A stretch of DNA of 63,740 nucleotides, counting the filler, from Anaerolineae bacterium (GTDB taxonomy: Bacteria > Chloroflexota > Anaerolineae > Epilineales > Epilineaceae): assembly GCA_029262755.1 (NCBI GenBank). It is 8 parts of 8 records of this genome, joined end to end, with 100 filler letters (N's around TTAATTAATTAA, not from the genome) between each part and the next. Parts side by side here need not be neighbours in the genome. Positions count along the whole stretch, not along the records: positions 1 to 9,228 come from JAJCYU010000362.1; positions 9,329 to 13,105 come from JAJCYU010000364.1; positions 13,206 to 16,414 come from JAJCYU010000365.1; 5 more parts are not named here. The stretch is one strand, 5' to 3'. This document shows positions 1-13,496 of the stretch, piece by piece. Position numbers and translations under genes: made by a program. Numbering within the stretch: the first letter of the stretch is position 1; every line of letters starts with the position of its first letter. The notes beneath the pieces were generated by a model. The model ran no database searches. It saw only the letters and a list, made by a program, of their open reading frames with translations, and was not told the origin of the DNA.

Positions 1-3000
1 ACGGCGACGACGGTCCGGCCGGATCGCCCAACGTCCACGCCGTGGTCGCGAGCGCTTCGGTCGAGTTGCTCGCACCATCGGTCGACAAGCTGGCGCCGAG
101 CCCGAGCTCCGCCACGATCGGCGCTCTCGTCACGTGGACGATCGCCGTCAGCCTGCCGGAGGGCACGACCTCGAGCCTGGTCGTTAGCGATGTGTTGCCC
201 GCCGGCTTGATCGCGGTGGGTACCTCCGTGGTCACCGCCGCCGCGGACAGCGGCGGGCTGCTTGCGGCCGATTACAGCGGGACGCTGCCGGTTCCCACCA
301 CGGACACCGCGGCCGGTGACGGCAACGATGTCGAGTGGGACTTCGGCGACGTGGTGACACCCGCGGACAACGACGGCACGAACAACCGATTCCTCCTGCG
401 GGTCGTCTCCCGCGTCGAGAACGTGATCGGCAACCAGAACGGGGTACCGCTGTTCAATGCGGCGCGGCTCGGCTACGAGGATCCGGACGCACCCGGCGTG
501 CTGACCGAGGTGCCGGACCCGACGCCAGAGTCCATGACGGTTGTCGAGCCGGTGCTGGCGGTGAGCAAGACGATCCCGACGCCGCCCGTGCCTTCGGACG
601 CCGGATCCACGGTGATCTACCAAGTGGTGATCGAGCACGCCGGCGGCAGCGCGAGCGACGCCTTCGATGCGGTCTTCACCGACACGATTCCCGCGGCGCT
701 GACGGGGGCGTCCATCGACAGCGTTACGGCATCGCCGATCGCGGCGCCCTCCGCTGAGATCAGCGGCGGCACGTTGCGCGTGCCGACCGCCGCCGACGGC
801 ACCTTCGACCTGCCTCAGGGCGCGGTCGTCACGGTGACCTTCCGCGCCGACGTCGCGGCCGGCGTTGCGCCCTACCAGGTCATCACCAACACCGGCGTTG
901 TCACGTGGACGACGCTCGACGGGGTGGACCCCAACGAGCGCACGGCCGGCGATGGGCCGCTGGACGGCGGCGGGCTGAACGACTACGAGACGGACGACAG
1001 CGCCGGGTTCGCGATCGACCCGCCGAGCATCGCCAAAGCGCTCGAAACGACTTCGGCCGGCCACACCACCGGCAGCGATGTCACGATCGGTGAGGTCGTG
1101 ACCTACACCGTGGCCATCACGCTACCCGAGGGCATCACGCCCTCGATGACGATCACCGACGATCTGCCGGCCGGTATGGCCTACGTCGCGGGCTCCGCGA
1201 GCGCAGACCTCAGCGGCTTCAACGGCACCCTCACCGGCGGCGACCCGGTCGTGAGCACGACGGGCTCCGGCGGCGACGGGGACGACCTCGTCCTCAGCTT
1301 CGGGCCGATCACGGTCGTGGGCGACAACGACCCGTCGAACAACGGTTTCCTGCTGCGCTACGCCGCCGTAGTGCTCAACGTGCCCGGCAACGTCGGGCTA
1401 CCGCCCTCGCGCACGGATCTCGACAACCTTGCCTCCGTACAGATCGGCGCCAACCCGCCCGTCACGGCGGGCGAGACGGTGACCGTAGCGGAGCCGCGGA
1501 TGGTGATCGCGAAGGACATCGACAAGGACGCGGCCTGGCCCAACGACACAGTGCGCATCACGCTCACGGTGTCCAACACAGGGACGTCGGACGCCTTCGA
1601 CGTTACGATCCAAGATCCTATCAGCACCACGACCTTCAGCGCGCTGACGCCGGTCACGACGCCGGCCGGGTTCAGCTACGGCACGGCGGTCAGCGGCCCG
1701 AACACCATCGTCAGCTACACGGGTGGTTCGATCCCGGCGGGCGCAGCGCGTTCGTTCGTGTTCGATCTGACCTTGGACGGCAGCTTGCCGCCCAGCCCGC
1801 CCGACCTGCTCAACGAAGCCACCGTCACCCAGGCCACGACTCTCGACAGCACCGCGAACGACGGCGACGACACGCAGGAACGCGAAGCCCCGGACGTATC
1901 GGGCGACGACACGCTCACGATCATCGTGCCCGAGATCGAGATGACGAAGACGAGCGCGCGCGAAACGGTTGTTCCAGGGCAGTTGGTGACCTACACCCTT
2001 ACGATCACGAACAACGGTACCGCGCCGGCTGCCGGCGTCACGGTCACCGACACGATCCCAATCAACACGACCTTCGACCTCGTGAACAGCACGCCGGTAT
2101 GGACGCTCCCTGGTGGTGGCCCCCCCTGCCCGCCCGGCTTGCCCGGCGGCCTGTCGTGCGAGCTCGACCTGACGCCCTTGTTGCCCGGCGGTGAGCTGGC
2201 GGCCAACGGCGGGACGATCGACGTGGTCTTCGCGGTCCTGGTCAACCCGGTGCTGCCACCCGGAACCACATCGATTACGAACACGGCGATCGCCGCGGAC
2301 GACGGCTCGCGCGGCATCGACCCCGTGCCCGGAAACAACGACGGGCAGCACGCGGATCCCGTGCTGACGGACTGGTCCGACAACCCCGACTCCTACGCAA
2401 CGACCGCCGGAGCCGGTGGCGCGTTCCACTACATCGACGGCCTCACCTTCCTCGGCCTCTTGGTCGATGCAGAAGCAGATGGGCTCCCGACCAACTCAGC
2501 GTTGGGCGACGATCTGGACGGCGCCCTGGACGACGAGGACGGCGTGCTCTTCAGCAGCCCGATCCTTGCCGGCCAGCCGGCCACGATCACCGTGGTGGCG
2601 GCGCTCGGAGGCTTCCTGAACGCGTGGATCGATTTCGACGGCAACGGAGCCTTTGATCCGGGCGAGCAGGTCGCCGCGGATTTGGCGCTTGCGCCGGGTC
2701 CCAATGCGGTCACGCTCACCGCGCCGGGGGCGATCACCGACACGCTCTACACGCGCTTCCGTTTGACGAGCTACGACACGGGCGGCGCTCTCGGACCGAC
2801 AGGGCCCGCGAGCGACGGCGAGGTCGAGGACTACGTGCTGATGGCGTTGGGCAATCGGGTCTGGTTGGACAACGGGCTCGGCGGCGGCCTGGGCAACAAC
2901 GGCATCCAGGACGGGGCTGAGCTCGGCATCGAGAATGCGGTGGTGGAACTCTACGGGCTTGCGCAGGTGCCTGGCGTTGACACGCCGATCGCGACGACAA

Positions 3001-6000
3001 CGACGGACGCAAGCGGCGACTACCTGTTCACGGGTCTGGCGCCCGGCAACTACGTGGTGCACCTACCGGCGTCCAATTTCGATCCGGCTGCGCCGCTAGA
3101 GGGCTTGCTGTCCTCGCAGGGCGCGGGCGTGCCGAACGATGACCTGGACGAGGACGTCGACGAGAACGGGATCGACTCACCGATTCCGGCGACGACGGGC
3201 ATCTCGACGGCGCCGGTCTCGCTGGCGCTCGGCTTGGAGCCGACCGGCGAGGACGGCAACCCGAACACGAACTTGACGATCGATCTAGGCCTGGTCGAAT
3301 TCGACTGGGGCGATCTGCCCGAGGTTCCCTATCCGACCTCGAGTACGCTCAACGGCGCCCGCCACATCGTGGACGGCGTGACGTTCCTGGGCGCCGGAGT
3401 GGACGCGGAGCCGGACGGCGCGCCGACGGTGAATGCCGACGGTGACGATACGGCTGCACCCTTCGATGACGAGGACGGCGTGAGCTTCCTGACGCCGATC
3501 ATGCCGGGCGCGGTCTATACGATCAGCGTTGTGGCATCCGCCGACAGCTTCCTGAACGCGTGGATCGACTTCGACGCGAACGGCGTGATGTCGCCATTCG
3601 AGCAGATCGCAGCGGACACGGCGCTCACGGCCGGAGCGAACCTGCTCACGGGCACGGCGCCGATCTCGACGACGGGCTCGCTGTACAGCCGGTTCCGGGT
3701 GACGGCGGACGCGGGTGACGCGACGACGCCGACGGGCGCGGCCAACAGCGGCGAGGTGGAGGACTACGTGCTGCTTGCGCTGGGCAACCGGATCTTCCTG
3801 GACGATTCGTCGGGCGGCGCAACGGCCGACGACGGAGCGCAGGGTGGCGCGGAGCCGGGTATCGAGAACGTGGTAGTGGAGTTGTATACGTCGGCGCAGA
3901 CGCCGGGGGTGGACGCCCCCATCGCGACAACCACGACGGATGTCAACGGCGACTACCTGTTCACGGGCTTGACCCCGGATGGCTACGTGGTGTTCGTACC
4001 GCAGGCGAACTTCGCGCCGGCGGGTCCGTTGGCCGGGATGCTGAGCTCGACCGGTGCAGGAGCGCCCGACAGCGATCTGGATCAAGACGTGGACGAACAC
4101 GGAATCGACGACCCGGATCCGGCCGCCAACGGTATTGCGACGGCGCCGATCACGCTCAGCGTGGGCGACGAGCCGAACGGCAATGGCAGCGTCAACCTGA
4201 CGCTGGACCTTGGCTTCGTTGCCTTCGATCTCGGCGACCTGCCGGATCTCTATGGCACGACCATCGGCGCCGGCGGCGCCAGCCACATTATCGACGGTAC
4301 CTTCTTGGGCGCCGCGGTCGATGCCGATTCGGACGGGCAGCCGACGAACGCGGCGAACGGCGACGACGGCGCGGGCACGGACGACGAGGACGGCGTGACC
4401 TTCCTCTCACCGCTGACCCCTGGACAAGCTGCAACCATCACGATCCAAGCCGGGACACCGGGCTTCCTCAACGGCTTCATCGACTTCGACGGTGACGGCA
4501 CGTTGGATCCGGTCACGGTCGTCTCCGCGAGCGCCGGCGCGGTCGTGCCCGGCAGCGGCCTGCTGGCCGATGTCGAGCTTACGTCGAGCGGGCTCTACAC
4601 GCTTACCATCGACGTGCCCGCAGGGATCAGCCCTGCGTCGGTCTACAGCCGTTTCCGCTACACCGCGGCCGCGGGACAAGCGACGAGCCCCGTCGGCCCC
4701 GCGCCGACAGGCGAGGTCGAGGACTACGTGCTCGGCTCTCTGGGCAGTCGGGTCTTCTTGGACGACGGTACGGGCGGCGCCACGGTTGCAGATGGAGCGC
4801 AGACAGGCGGTGAGGCCGGGGTGCCCGGTGTCGTGGTCGAGCTGCTGGACGCGGGCGGTGCGGTCATCGCGACGACCACGACCGACGGCCTTGGCGATTA
4901 CTTCTTCGGGGGCCTACCGACGGGTGACTACCGGGTCCGGATTCCGGCCGGCGAGTTCCTGAGCGGCGAGCCACTCTACGGCCTCGCCAGCTCGCCCGGT
5001 GCGGGCGACCCCAACGCCGACATCGACCAGGACACGGACGAGAACGGCATCGACAGCATCGATCCGCCTTCCACCGGCCTCGTGTCGGGCACGATCAATC
5101 TCGTGCCGGGCAGCGCGCCGACCAGCGAGGACGGCGACGCGAACTCCAACCTGACGATTGACTTCGGCGTCGCGCGCCGAGACTTGGGCGATCTACCGGA
5201 TATCTATGGCACCACCGATAGCGTGAACGGCGCGAGCCATGTGATCGACGACGCGACCTTCTTGGGCGCCGGCGTGGACTCGGAGTCCGATGGCCAGCCG
5301 TCTGCGGCCGCGAACGCGGACGACAGCGCGGCGAGCGATGACGAGGACGGAATTCAGCTCTTGGATCCGCTGGTCCCCGGCTCGACGGCGCGCATCAAGG
5401 TGACGGCTTCGACTGCAGGCTTCCTGAGCGGCTTCCTTGACTTCGACAACGACGGCACGCTCGATTCGGTCGGCGTGACGGCCGTGTCGGCCGGCGCGAT
5501 CCTGCCCGGCAGCGGCCTGCTCGAGGATCTACAGATCACGGGCGGCGGTATGGTGACGATCACGATTGCGGTGCCCGCGGTGGTTTCGACCACGGTGTAC
5601 AGCCGCTTCCGCTTCGCGGCCGACACGGGCCAGGCGAACACGCCCACCGGCGACGCCGACAGCGGTGAGGTCGAGGACTACCTCTTCGGTGCGCTCGGGA
5701 ACCGCGTGTTCCTGGACGACGGCCTGGGGGGCGGCGTCATCGCGGACGGTGCACAGAACGGCACCGAGGCCGGGATTCCGGGCGTGACGGTTGAGCTCTA
5801 CACGGCCGGCCAAACGCCTGGCGTCGACACGCCCTTCGGGACGACGACAACGGACGGCAACGGCGACTATGTCTTCCTTGGGCTGATGGACGGCGACTAC
5901 ATCCTGCATCTTCCCGCCGGTAACTTCGCTTCAGGGCAGCCCCTCTTCGAGCTCTTCTCGACCCCCGGCGCGGGTGATCCCGAGGCGGGCATCGATCAGG

Positions 6001-9000
6001 ACGTCGACGAGAACGGACTCGATGAACTCGACCCGGCTACGACCGGCATCTCGACGGCCACGGTCAACCTGACCGTCGGCGCGGAGACGGCCGCCGAGGA
6101 CGGTGATCCGAACAGCGACCTCACGATCGACTTCGCCCTCGTCGAGGGCGTGACGATCGGCAACTACGTGTGGGAAGACCTCAACGGCAACGGCGAGCAG
6201 GACGAACCGCCGAGCTCCGGCGTCAACGGCGTGCGCGTCATCTTGATCGACGCGACGACGGGTCTGCCGGTGGACGATCCGGCGAACCCCGGCAACCCGC
6301 TGACCGCGGTCACCATGGACGACTCCTTCGGCAATCCCGGCTACTACCTGTTCGCCGGGCTCGGTCAGGGCGACTACGCGGTCCGCTTCGATCTAGTGAC
6401 GCTGCCGCCTGGCTACGTCCCGACGACACAGGACGCCGGCGGCGTCGGCGACGACGTCGATTCCGACGCGGACCCGACGACCGGCCTGACGGCCAACACG
6501 GGTCCGCTCCTCAACGGCGAGCTCGATCTCACCTTGGACATGGGCATTGTCCGGCCGGTGCTCGTCAGCGGCACCTTGTGGCATGACGCCGACCGGGACG
6601 ATGTCATCGACGGCGCAGAGCCCGGGCTCGGCGGCATCGTCGTGACGATCTTCCGCGACGACGACGGCGTCCCCGGCCCCTCGCCCGGCGACACGCCGGT
6701 CGACATCGCCGTGACCGATGCGTTCGGCAACTACGTTTTCGACAACCTGCCCCCCGGCTCGTACTACATCGACGTCGACGATGCGACGGTGCCGCCGGGC
6801 ATGGCGCCCACAGCGCCGGGCAACGATCCGTCGCCGGTGGTCACCCTCGGCCCAGGCGAGTCCGCGACCGACCTCGACGTCGGCTACAGCTCGGACGACC
6901 CGACGCGCGGCATCTTGGGCGACACGGTGTGGTACGACGCCGACGGCGACGGCATCCACGATCCGGGCGAGCCCGGCATCGAGGGGGTGCGCGTCGTCGT
7001 GAGCGGTCCGGGCGGCGCCTTCCAGACCTTCACGGGTCCGGACGGATCGTGGTACGTGCCCAACCTGATTCCCGGAAGCTACGCGGTAGCCGTCGACACC
7101 TCGACGTTGCCGCCGGGCTACAACAGCACACCGACAAACGGTGCCCCGGTGCGCACGTTGCTGCTGCCGGCAGGCGTGGACGTGCTCTACGGTGACTTCG
7201 GCTTCACCAGCGTGGCCGGCACGACGGCTTCGATTGGCGACACCGTCTTCCTCGATGCGAACGGCGACGGAGTGCAGGATGCCGGGGAGCCGGGGATCGC
7301 CGGCGTCTCGATCAACCTGCTAGACGGCACGACCGGGGACCTGATCGGCACGACCATCACGGGCCCCGACGGCTCCTACGATTTCGTCGGGCTGCCCGCG
7401 GGCGATTACGACGTGGTCGTGACGGACGTAGACGACGTGCTCGGCACGCTCGGGCTCACGACGCCGCTTGCGCCGACCACGGGTATCGTGGTCGCGGGCG
7501 GCGATAACTACGACGGCGCCGACTTCGGCTACGGCAATCCGGGCGGCGTGGCCGGCGTGGGCGCTGCAGGCCTGATCGGCACGACCATCTGGCACGATCT
7601 GGATGGCGATGGCGTCCGCGATCCGGAGGAGAGCGGCATCGGCGGCGTCGCGGTCGATCTGTGGCGCGACGTGGATGGGGACGGGGTGCTGAGCCCGGGC
7701 ACCGACATGCTGCTCAGCTCGACGACGACCAACGGCTTGGGCGAGTACATCTTCAACAACCTGCCCTTCGACGACTACCTCGTGGTCGTGGACGAAGGCT
7801 CGCCGTCTCTCACCGGGATGAGCCGCACCGCAGGCGCGCCCTTCACGAACGATAACAGCCAGACGACGCCCTATCCGACCACGTTGACGCCGGGCGACCC
7901 GGCCGATCTACGCGCCGACTTCGGCTACGTGGCCAACGTGGGCTATCCGATCTTCGGCGTGATCTTCATCGACTTGGACAACGACGGCATCTACGACGAA
8001 GGCGCTGAGACCGTCATCCCGCGCATTCCGGTGTCACTGTACCGCGACGACAACGGCAACGGCGTCCTCGATCCCGGCGAGCCCAAGGTGGGCATGACCG
8101 AGACCGGTGAGGATCCCCCGGACAACGGGACCTACGTCTTCCCCAACATGCCGGACGGGAACTACATCGTGGTTGTGGAGGCAGAAGGTACGCGGCTGGA
8201 AGGCTACTTCCAGACGACCCAGACGGGCACCGGTAGCACGGAGCCCGCCGAGGTGGACGGCGACCTGTCGCCGAACCACAACTTCGGCTTCCTGGCGCCC
8301 GGTGGTTCGCGCACGAACCCCGTGACGATCGCGACCTTCGGTAGCGAGCGGAGCGCGGACGGCGGGGCGCGAATCACGTGGACGACGGCGAGCGAGGCCG
8401 GCAACGCGGGCTTCGACGTGTACGTGGAGACGGCGGATGGCATCCGGCGCGTGAACGAGCAGCTGGTGCCGACGGCGTCCTCGGACGCATTCGGCCCGCA
8501 GGAGTACGTGCTGGACGTGCCGGCGGAGACGTTGGGCAACGCGGCGACGCTGTGGATCGAGGACGTGGACCTGCGCGGTGAAGCGCGGCGGCACGGTCCC
8601 TTCGAGCTGGGCACGAACACGGGCGACACGTTGGACATGCGCCCGATCGACTGGCCGACGATCGCAACGGAGCACGCGGAGCTGGGCGTGGAGCGCACGA
8701 CGGCGACGGCGGACGAGGCGGCGGCACGGCTGGACGCGCTGCGAACGGAGTTCGCGGCGGAGGGTCTGGACTTGGACGGCGCGCAGACTGACGGTGCGGA
8801 CGGCATGTTCGACGCGCAGCTGGCGGAGCGCTTCGTGGACGCGCTGACGCGCGCGGACGCATCGGGCGCGCTGGCGGATCTGCACATCGAGCAGACGGGG
8901 TTGGTGCAGGTCACGCATGCGGACCTGGCGGCGGCGGGGGTGGACCTGACGGGCCTGCCGACGGCGCTGCTCGCGGTGACGGTGGACGGACGTGCGGTGT

Positions 9001-9228
9001 CGCGCGACGTGGCCGGCGGCGCGACGTGGTCGGCGGATTCGGCGCTCGTGTTCCACGCTCGGACGCGCGATAGCGTGTACGGCGAGACGAACGTGTACCG
9101 GATCGGCCTGGATTGGGACGCGGCAACGCGGATCGCGCAGGCGGATGGTACGCCGAGCGCGGATGCGGCGGCGCCTGCCTGGTACCTGGAGACGGTGTCG
9201 ATGAACCGCGACCACGGCTACGCGCCGG
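1..9228 (+). CDS. Giant surface/adhesin protein, partial at both ends: DUF11/isopeptide-type Ig domains, 4x (GEVED + SdrD B-like) units, further SdrD B-like domains, then the start of a C25 (gingipain-like) peptidase propeptide region
   Basis: Open frame runs into the N-linker; the GTG at 42 is probably internal. GEVEDY motifs at 2817, 3750, 4710 and 5664; repeated xGNRVF/WLD...DFG SdrD-B ends; PVTIATF...ITWTTASEAGNAGFDVY; IEQTGLVQVTHADL...DSVYGETNVY typical of C25 N-terminal regions. Confidence 0.85.
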
Positions 9229-9328
9229 NNNNNNNNNNNNNNNNNNNNNNNNNNNNNNNNNNNNNNNNNNNNTTAATTAATTAANNNNNNNNNNNNNNNN
9301 NNNNNNNNNNNNNNNNNNNNNNNNNNNN
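9229..9328. other. Artificial contig linker (N44-TTAATTAATTAA-N44)
   Basis: 100 nt; six-frame stop 12-mer flanked by Ns; repeated 7 times in the window. Confidence 0.97.
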
Positions 9329-9333
9329 CAGAG

Positions 9334-11940
9334 ATGGACTCACTTCCGTTCGTGTTTGGGCCCCTGGCGTCTGCGGATTCGTTGCTACGCACCGCGCCCG
9401 TTGATACGGTCGCGCCAAGTGCAGAGTCCAACGGCGACCCGGATGCCAAACGCGACAGCGACGCGCCGGATACGCTGGACGCGGAGGAAGCACGCCGCAA
9501 GATCCCAGACATCCTACCAATCCTTCCGCTTCGCAACGTGGTCGTGTTCCCGCTCTCGTTCCTGCCTTTGTCGGTCGGGCAACCTCGTTCCATTCGGCTG
9601 ATCGAAGACGTTTCGGTGGCCGATCGCATCGTGGGCCTCGTGGCGTCCCGGGATCCCTCAGACGAAGAGCCGGGACCCGACAAGCTCAACGAAATCGGCA
9701 CGGCGGCCTACGTGCACCGGATGGTCAAGGGTTCCGACGGCAACATCGGGATCTTCGTGCAAGGCCTCGAACGCGTTCGTATCGAGTCGTGGGAGGAGAC
9801 CGATCCCTATCTGAAGGCACGCGTAACGGTGCTGCCCGACCCCCAAGAGGAGTCGGTCGAGATCGAGGCGCTGCGCCGAAGCGTCGTTGACCTCTTCCGC
9901 CGTCTCGTGGATCTTGTCCCGCATCTGCCGGAGGAGTTGACCGAGGCGATCGAGACCATGGACGATCCGCGGGCCCTGGCCTACTTCATCGCCGCCAACA
10001 CGCGCATGGAGGTCGATGAGGCCCAAGCACTGCTCGAGATGGAGACCGTGGACGGACGCCTTCGCGCGCTCACCGTGTCGCTGTCCCGCGAGCTCGAGGT
10101 CTTGGAGATCGGACGAAAGATTCAGCGCGAGGCGCGCGGCGAGATGGAGAAGGTGCAGCGAGAATACTTCTTGCGCCAGCAGCTGAAAGCGATCCGCAAG
10201 GAACTGGGTGAAACCGACGAGTCCGAGGCCGAGCTCGAAGAATTGGAAGCGCGCATCGACGCGGCCGGCATGCCCGAAGAGGCGGAGCGAGAAGCGCTGC
10301 GAGAACTCGGACGCCTGCGCAATCTTCCCGAAGCCGCTGCCGAATACGGCGTGATCCGCACCTACCTAGACTGGATGGTCGATCTGCCTTGGTCGAAATC
10401 CACCGAGGATGATCTTGACATCGCCCATGCTCGCACGGTCTTGGATGAGGATCACTACGACCTGGAGGACATCAAGGAGCGCATCCTCGAGTTTCTCGCC
10501 GTGCAGAAGCTGCGGCGGGATCGCGGCATGGAGGCCGAGGCGGACGGGGGGCGCCCGGGAGAGCGGCGGGAGTCCGGTGGGGGAATCCTTGCCTTTACCG
10601 GTCCACCCGGCACGGGCAAGACAAGCCTTGGCCGCTCGATCGCGCGCGCGTTGGGACGGGAGTTCATTCGGATGAGCCTCGGCGGAATGCGGGACGAGGC
10701 GGAGATCCGCGGTCACCGACGAACCTACATCGGAGCGATGCCGGGCCGAATCGTACAGGGACTCAAGCGTGCCGGTACCCGCAATCCCGTGTTCATCCTC
10801 GACGAGATCGACAAAGTCGGAGCTTCCTTTCGAGGCGATCCGGAGAGCGCGCTGCTCGAGGTGCTCGATCCGCAACAGAATCACGAGTTTCGCGATCTCT
10901 ATCTCGATGTGCCATTCGATCTTTCGGATGTCCTGTTCATCGCGACGGCGAACGAGATCGCGCAGATTTCGGGTCCGCTACGAGACCGTCTGGAGATCAT
11001 TGAGCTATCGGGTTATACCGAGACCGACAAAGTTCATATTGCCCGCGGCTATCTTATCCCGAGGCAGCAGCGGGCTAACGGCCTTCGCGACGGTGAGCTA
11101 ACAATCGACGACGCGGCGCTTCGACGCGTGATCGGCCGTTATACACGCGAGGCGGGCGTGCGAAACCTGGAGCGTCAGATCGCCAAGATAGCGCGCAAGG
11201 TGGCGGTCCACGTGGCGGAGTCGGGCGACGAGCCCACCACGCGCTCGGTCGGTATCGACGATGTGATCGACTATCTCGGCGCGCCGCGATTCAGCCACGA
11301 GGCAGCGGAGCGAACGTCCATCCCCGGCGTGGCCACCGGATTGGCCTACACGCCCTACGGTGGCGACGTGCTCTTCATCGAGGCGAGCGCGGCACCGGGC
11401 GGCAAGGGCTTCTTGGTGACCGGCCAACTCGGGGACGTGATGAAGGAGAGCGCGCAGGCAGCGTTGTCGTATGTCCGCGCTCGCCATGCGGATCTTGGGA
11501 TCGATGCAGAGTTCTTTGCTTCACAGGACCTGCACGTACACGTACCGGCAGGCGCGACACCGAAGGATGGTCCGTCGGCCGGCGTGACGATCGCCACAGC
11601 GTTGGCGTCGCTCCTCACCGGTCGCGCCGTGCGCGCCGATGTCGGGATGACCGGTGAGATCACCCTCCGCGGCAAGGTGCTCCCTGTGGGGGGCATCAAG
11701 GAAAAGGTGCTCGCGGCCCACCGGGCGGGATTGCGCACGATCATCCTTCCGGCACGCAACGAACCCGACTTGGACGAGGTGCCCGACGAAGTGCGCGAAG
11801 CCATGCGCTTCTACTTGGCCGATACGATCAGCGAGGTTTGGGGCTGGGCCTTCGAAGACAGCCGTTCGGCCACGGATGCGCGCAACGCCCTTGAAGATGG
11901 CGTCCTAGACCCCGTAGGTGGCAGCACGCAAGGGGCGTAG
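9334..11940 (+). CDS. lon: ATP-dependent Lon protease (LonA)
   Basis: [13 protein letters not shown]on N-domain, Walker [22 protein letters not shown], catalytic PKDGPSAG and GGIKEK. Confidence 0.97.
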   Translation: MDSLPFVFGPLASADSLLRTAPVDTVAPSAESNGDPDAKRDSDAPDTLDAEEARRKIPDILPILPLRNVVVFPLSFLPLSVGQPRSIRLIEDVSVADRIVGLVASRDPSDEEPGPDKLNEIGTAAYVHRMVKGSDGNIGIFVQGLERVRIESWEETDPYLKARVTVLPDPQEESVEIEALRRSVVDLFRRLVDLVPHLPEELTEAIETMDDPRALAYFIAANTRMEVDEAQALLEMETVDGRLRALTVSLSRELEVLEIGRKIQREARGEMEKVQREYFLRQQLKAIRKELGETDESEAELEELEARIDAAGMPEEAEREALRELGRLRNLPEAAAEYGVIRTYLDWMVDLPWSKSTEDDLDIAHARTVLDEDHYDLEDIKERILEFLAVQKLRRDRGMEAEADGGRPGERRESGGGILAFTGPPGTGKTSLGRSIARALGREFIRMSLGGMRDEAEIRGHRRTYIGAMPGRIVQGLKRAGTRNPVFILDEIDKVGASFRGDPESALLEVLDPQQNHEFRDLYLDVPFDLSDVLFIATANEIAQISGPLRDRLEIIELSGYTETDKVHIARGYLIPRQQRANGLRDGELTIDDAALRRVIGRYTREAGVRNLERQIAKIARKVAVHVAESGDEPTTRSVGIDDVIDYLGAPRFSHEAAERTSIPGVATGLAYTPYGGDVLFIEASAAPGGKGFLVTGQLGDVMKESAQAALSYVRARHADLGIDAEFFASQDLHVHVPAGATPKDGPSAGVTIATALASLLTGRAVRADVGMTGEITLRGKVLPVGGIKEKVLAAHRAGLRTIILPARNEPDLDEVPDEVREAMRFYLADTISEVWGWAFEDSRSATDARNALEDGVLDPVGGSTQGA

Positions 11941-12009
11941 GTACCAAGACCCGCACGGGGGGCATGAGACAGTCGGTTCGCCACGTCGGCTTCCTGGTGA
12001 ATCGTGCGC

Positions 12010-13105
12010 CTACGCATCCGGCTCGGATGCCTCCGGTTCGCCCGAAACTCGCGATCGCAGCTGTGGGAACAAGACGACCTCGCGAATGTTCGTCGTTCCG
12101 GTCAGGAGCATCACGAGCCGATCGATGCCGATGCCGAGTCCGCCCGTTGGCGGCATGCCGTAGGCGAGCGCTTCCAGAAAGTCCTCGTCGAGGGGATGCG
12201 CCTCGTCGTCGCCGGCGTCGCGCTGGCGGTTCATGTCCTCGAAACGCGCGCGTTGTTCGTCGGGATCGTTGAGTTCGCTGAACGCGTTGCCCAACTCGAA
12301 GCCCGCAACCAGCGGCTCGAAGCGCTCCGCGTAGCGCGGGTCATCCGGCTTGGCCTTGGCCAAGGGGCTCAGAGGCACAGGGTGGTCGGTCAAGAACGTC
12401 GGCTGGACGATGCCGGGCTCGACGAATGCACCGATCAACCCGTCGACCGTCTTGGCCCAGGTTGGCTCCTCTGCGACGCTGAGCTTGCGTTGTGCAATGG
12501 CCGCACGCAGTGCTGGAAGCTCGTCTGCCTCGCCGATGTCGATACCGGTCGCCTCCAGAATCGCGTCGCGCACGGTCACGCGTCGCCACGGGGGGCTGAG
12601 GTCGATGTCATGACCATCGTAGTGCACCGTCATCGTACCCAGTGCGCTCTGCGCCACCTCCGAGACCATGTGTTCCGTGAGACGCATCATGTCCCGATAG
12701 TCCGCATAGGCCCAATAGCACTCCATCATGGTGAATTCGGGCAGATGGGTGCGATCTACGCCCTCGTTGCGGAAGTCTTTGCAGATCTCGTAGACCTTGT
12801 CGAAGCCGCCGACGAGGAGACGTTTGAGATAGAGTTCGTCCGCGATGCGCAGATACATCGTCTGATCCAGGGCGTGGTAGTGCGTCGTGAAGGGGCGCGC
12901 CGCGCCGCCACCGTACAAGGGCTGCAACGTGGGCGTCTCCACTTCAAGAAAGCCACGCTCATCTAAGAAGGATCGGATCCCGCGAATAATGCGGCTGCGC
13001 GCGGCAAACCGGAGCCGGCTCTCCTCGTTTGCGATCAGGTCAAGGTAGCGCTGGCGCAGGCGCGTCTCTACGTCGCCCAAGCCCGCGTGTTTGTCGGGCA
13101 TAGGG
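12010..13105 (-). CDS. lysS: Lysyl-tRNA synthetase, class II (5' part lost at contig edge)
   Basis: RLRQRYLDL, EVETPTLQ, GGAARPF, FRNEG, ELGNAFSELNDP, GMPPTGGLGIGIDRL. Confidence 0.97.
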
Positions 13106-13205
13106 NNNNNNNNNNNNNNNNNNNNNNNNNNNNNNNNNNNNNNNNNNNNTTAATTAATTAANNNNNNNNNNNNNNNNNNNNNNNNNNNNNNNNNNNNNNN
13201 NNNNN
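13106..13205. other. Artificial contig linker
   Basis: N44-TTAATTAATTAA-N44. Confidence 0.97.
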
Positions 13206-13496
13206 CATCGGTGGGCCCTAAGGTTCGTTCCGATGCGACCCACCGATGCCTCCCATCGCACAATCGTTCGCTGGAGCGCGCTCCCCGAACTTCGTGAAAA
13301 ACAAACGGGTTTCGCGTGGATCGTGTTAGAATCGGTCGGACGCGAAACGTTTGTAACCTTCGCGTGTCTTTAGACCGTGCGAACCAACAGGCCGAGCTTC
13401 TGCGCGACGGCGCCATGGAGCCGGTCCGATCCGATTGCCCTCGGCTCGCGGTCCGCACAACATCCGCACCCATCTCTACTAAGGAGCGTGCCTGTC

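Noticed and set aside
12004..12966. 320-aa + strand ORF, and similar long shadow ORFs (25281-26573, 37056-38162, 54454-55938, 8034-9215)
   Set aside because: Antisense to well-supported genes; expected in high-GC DNA; no family motifs
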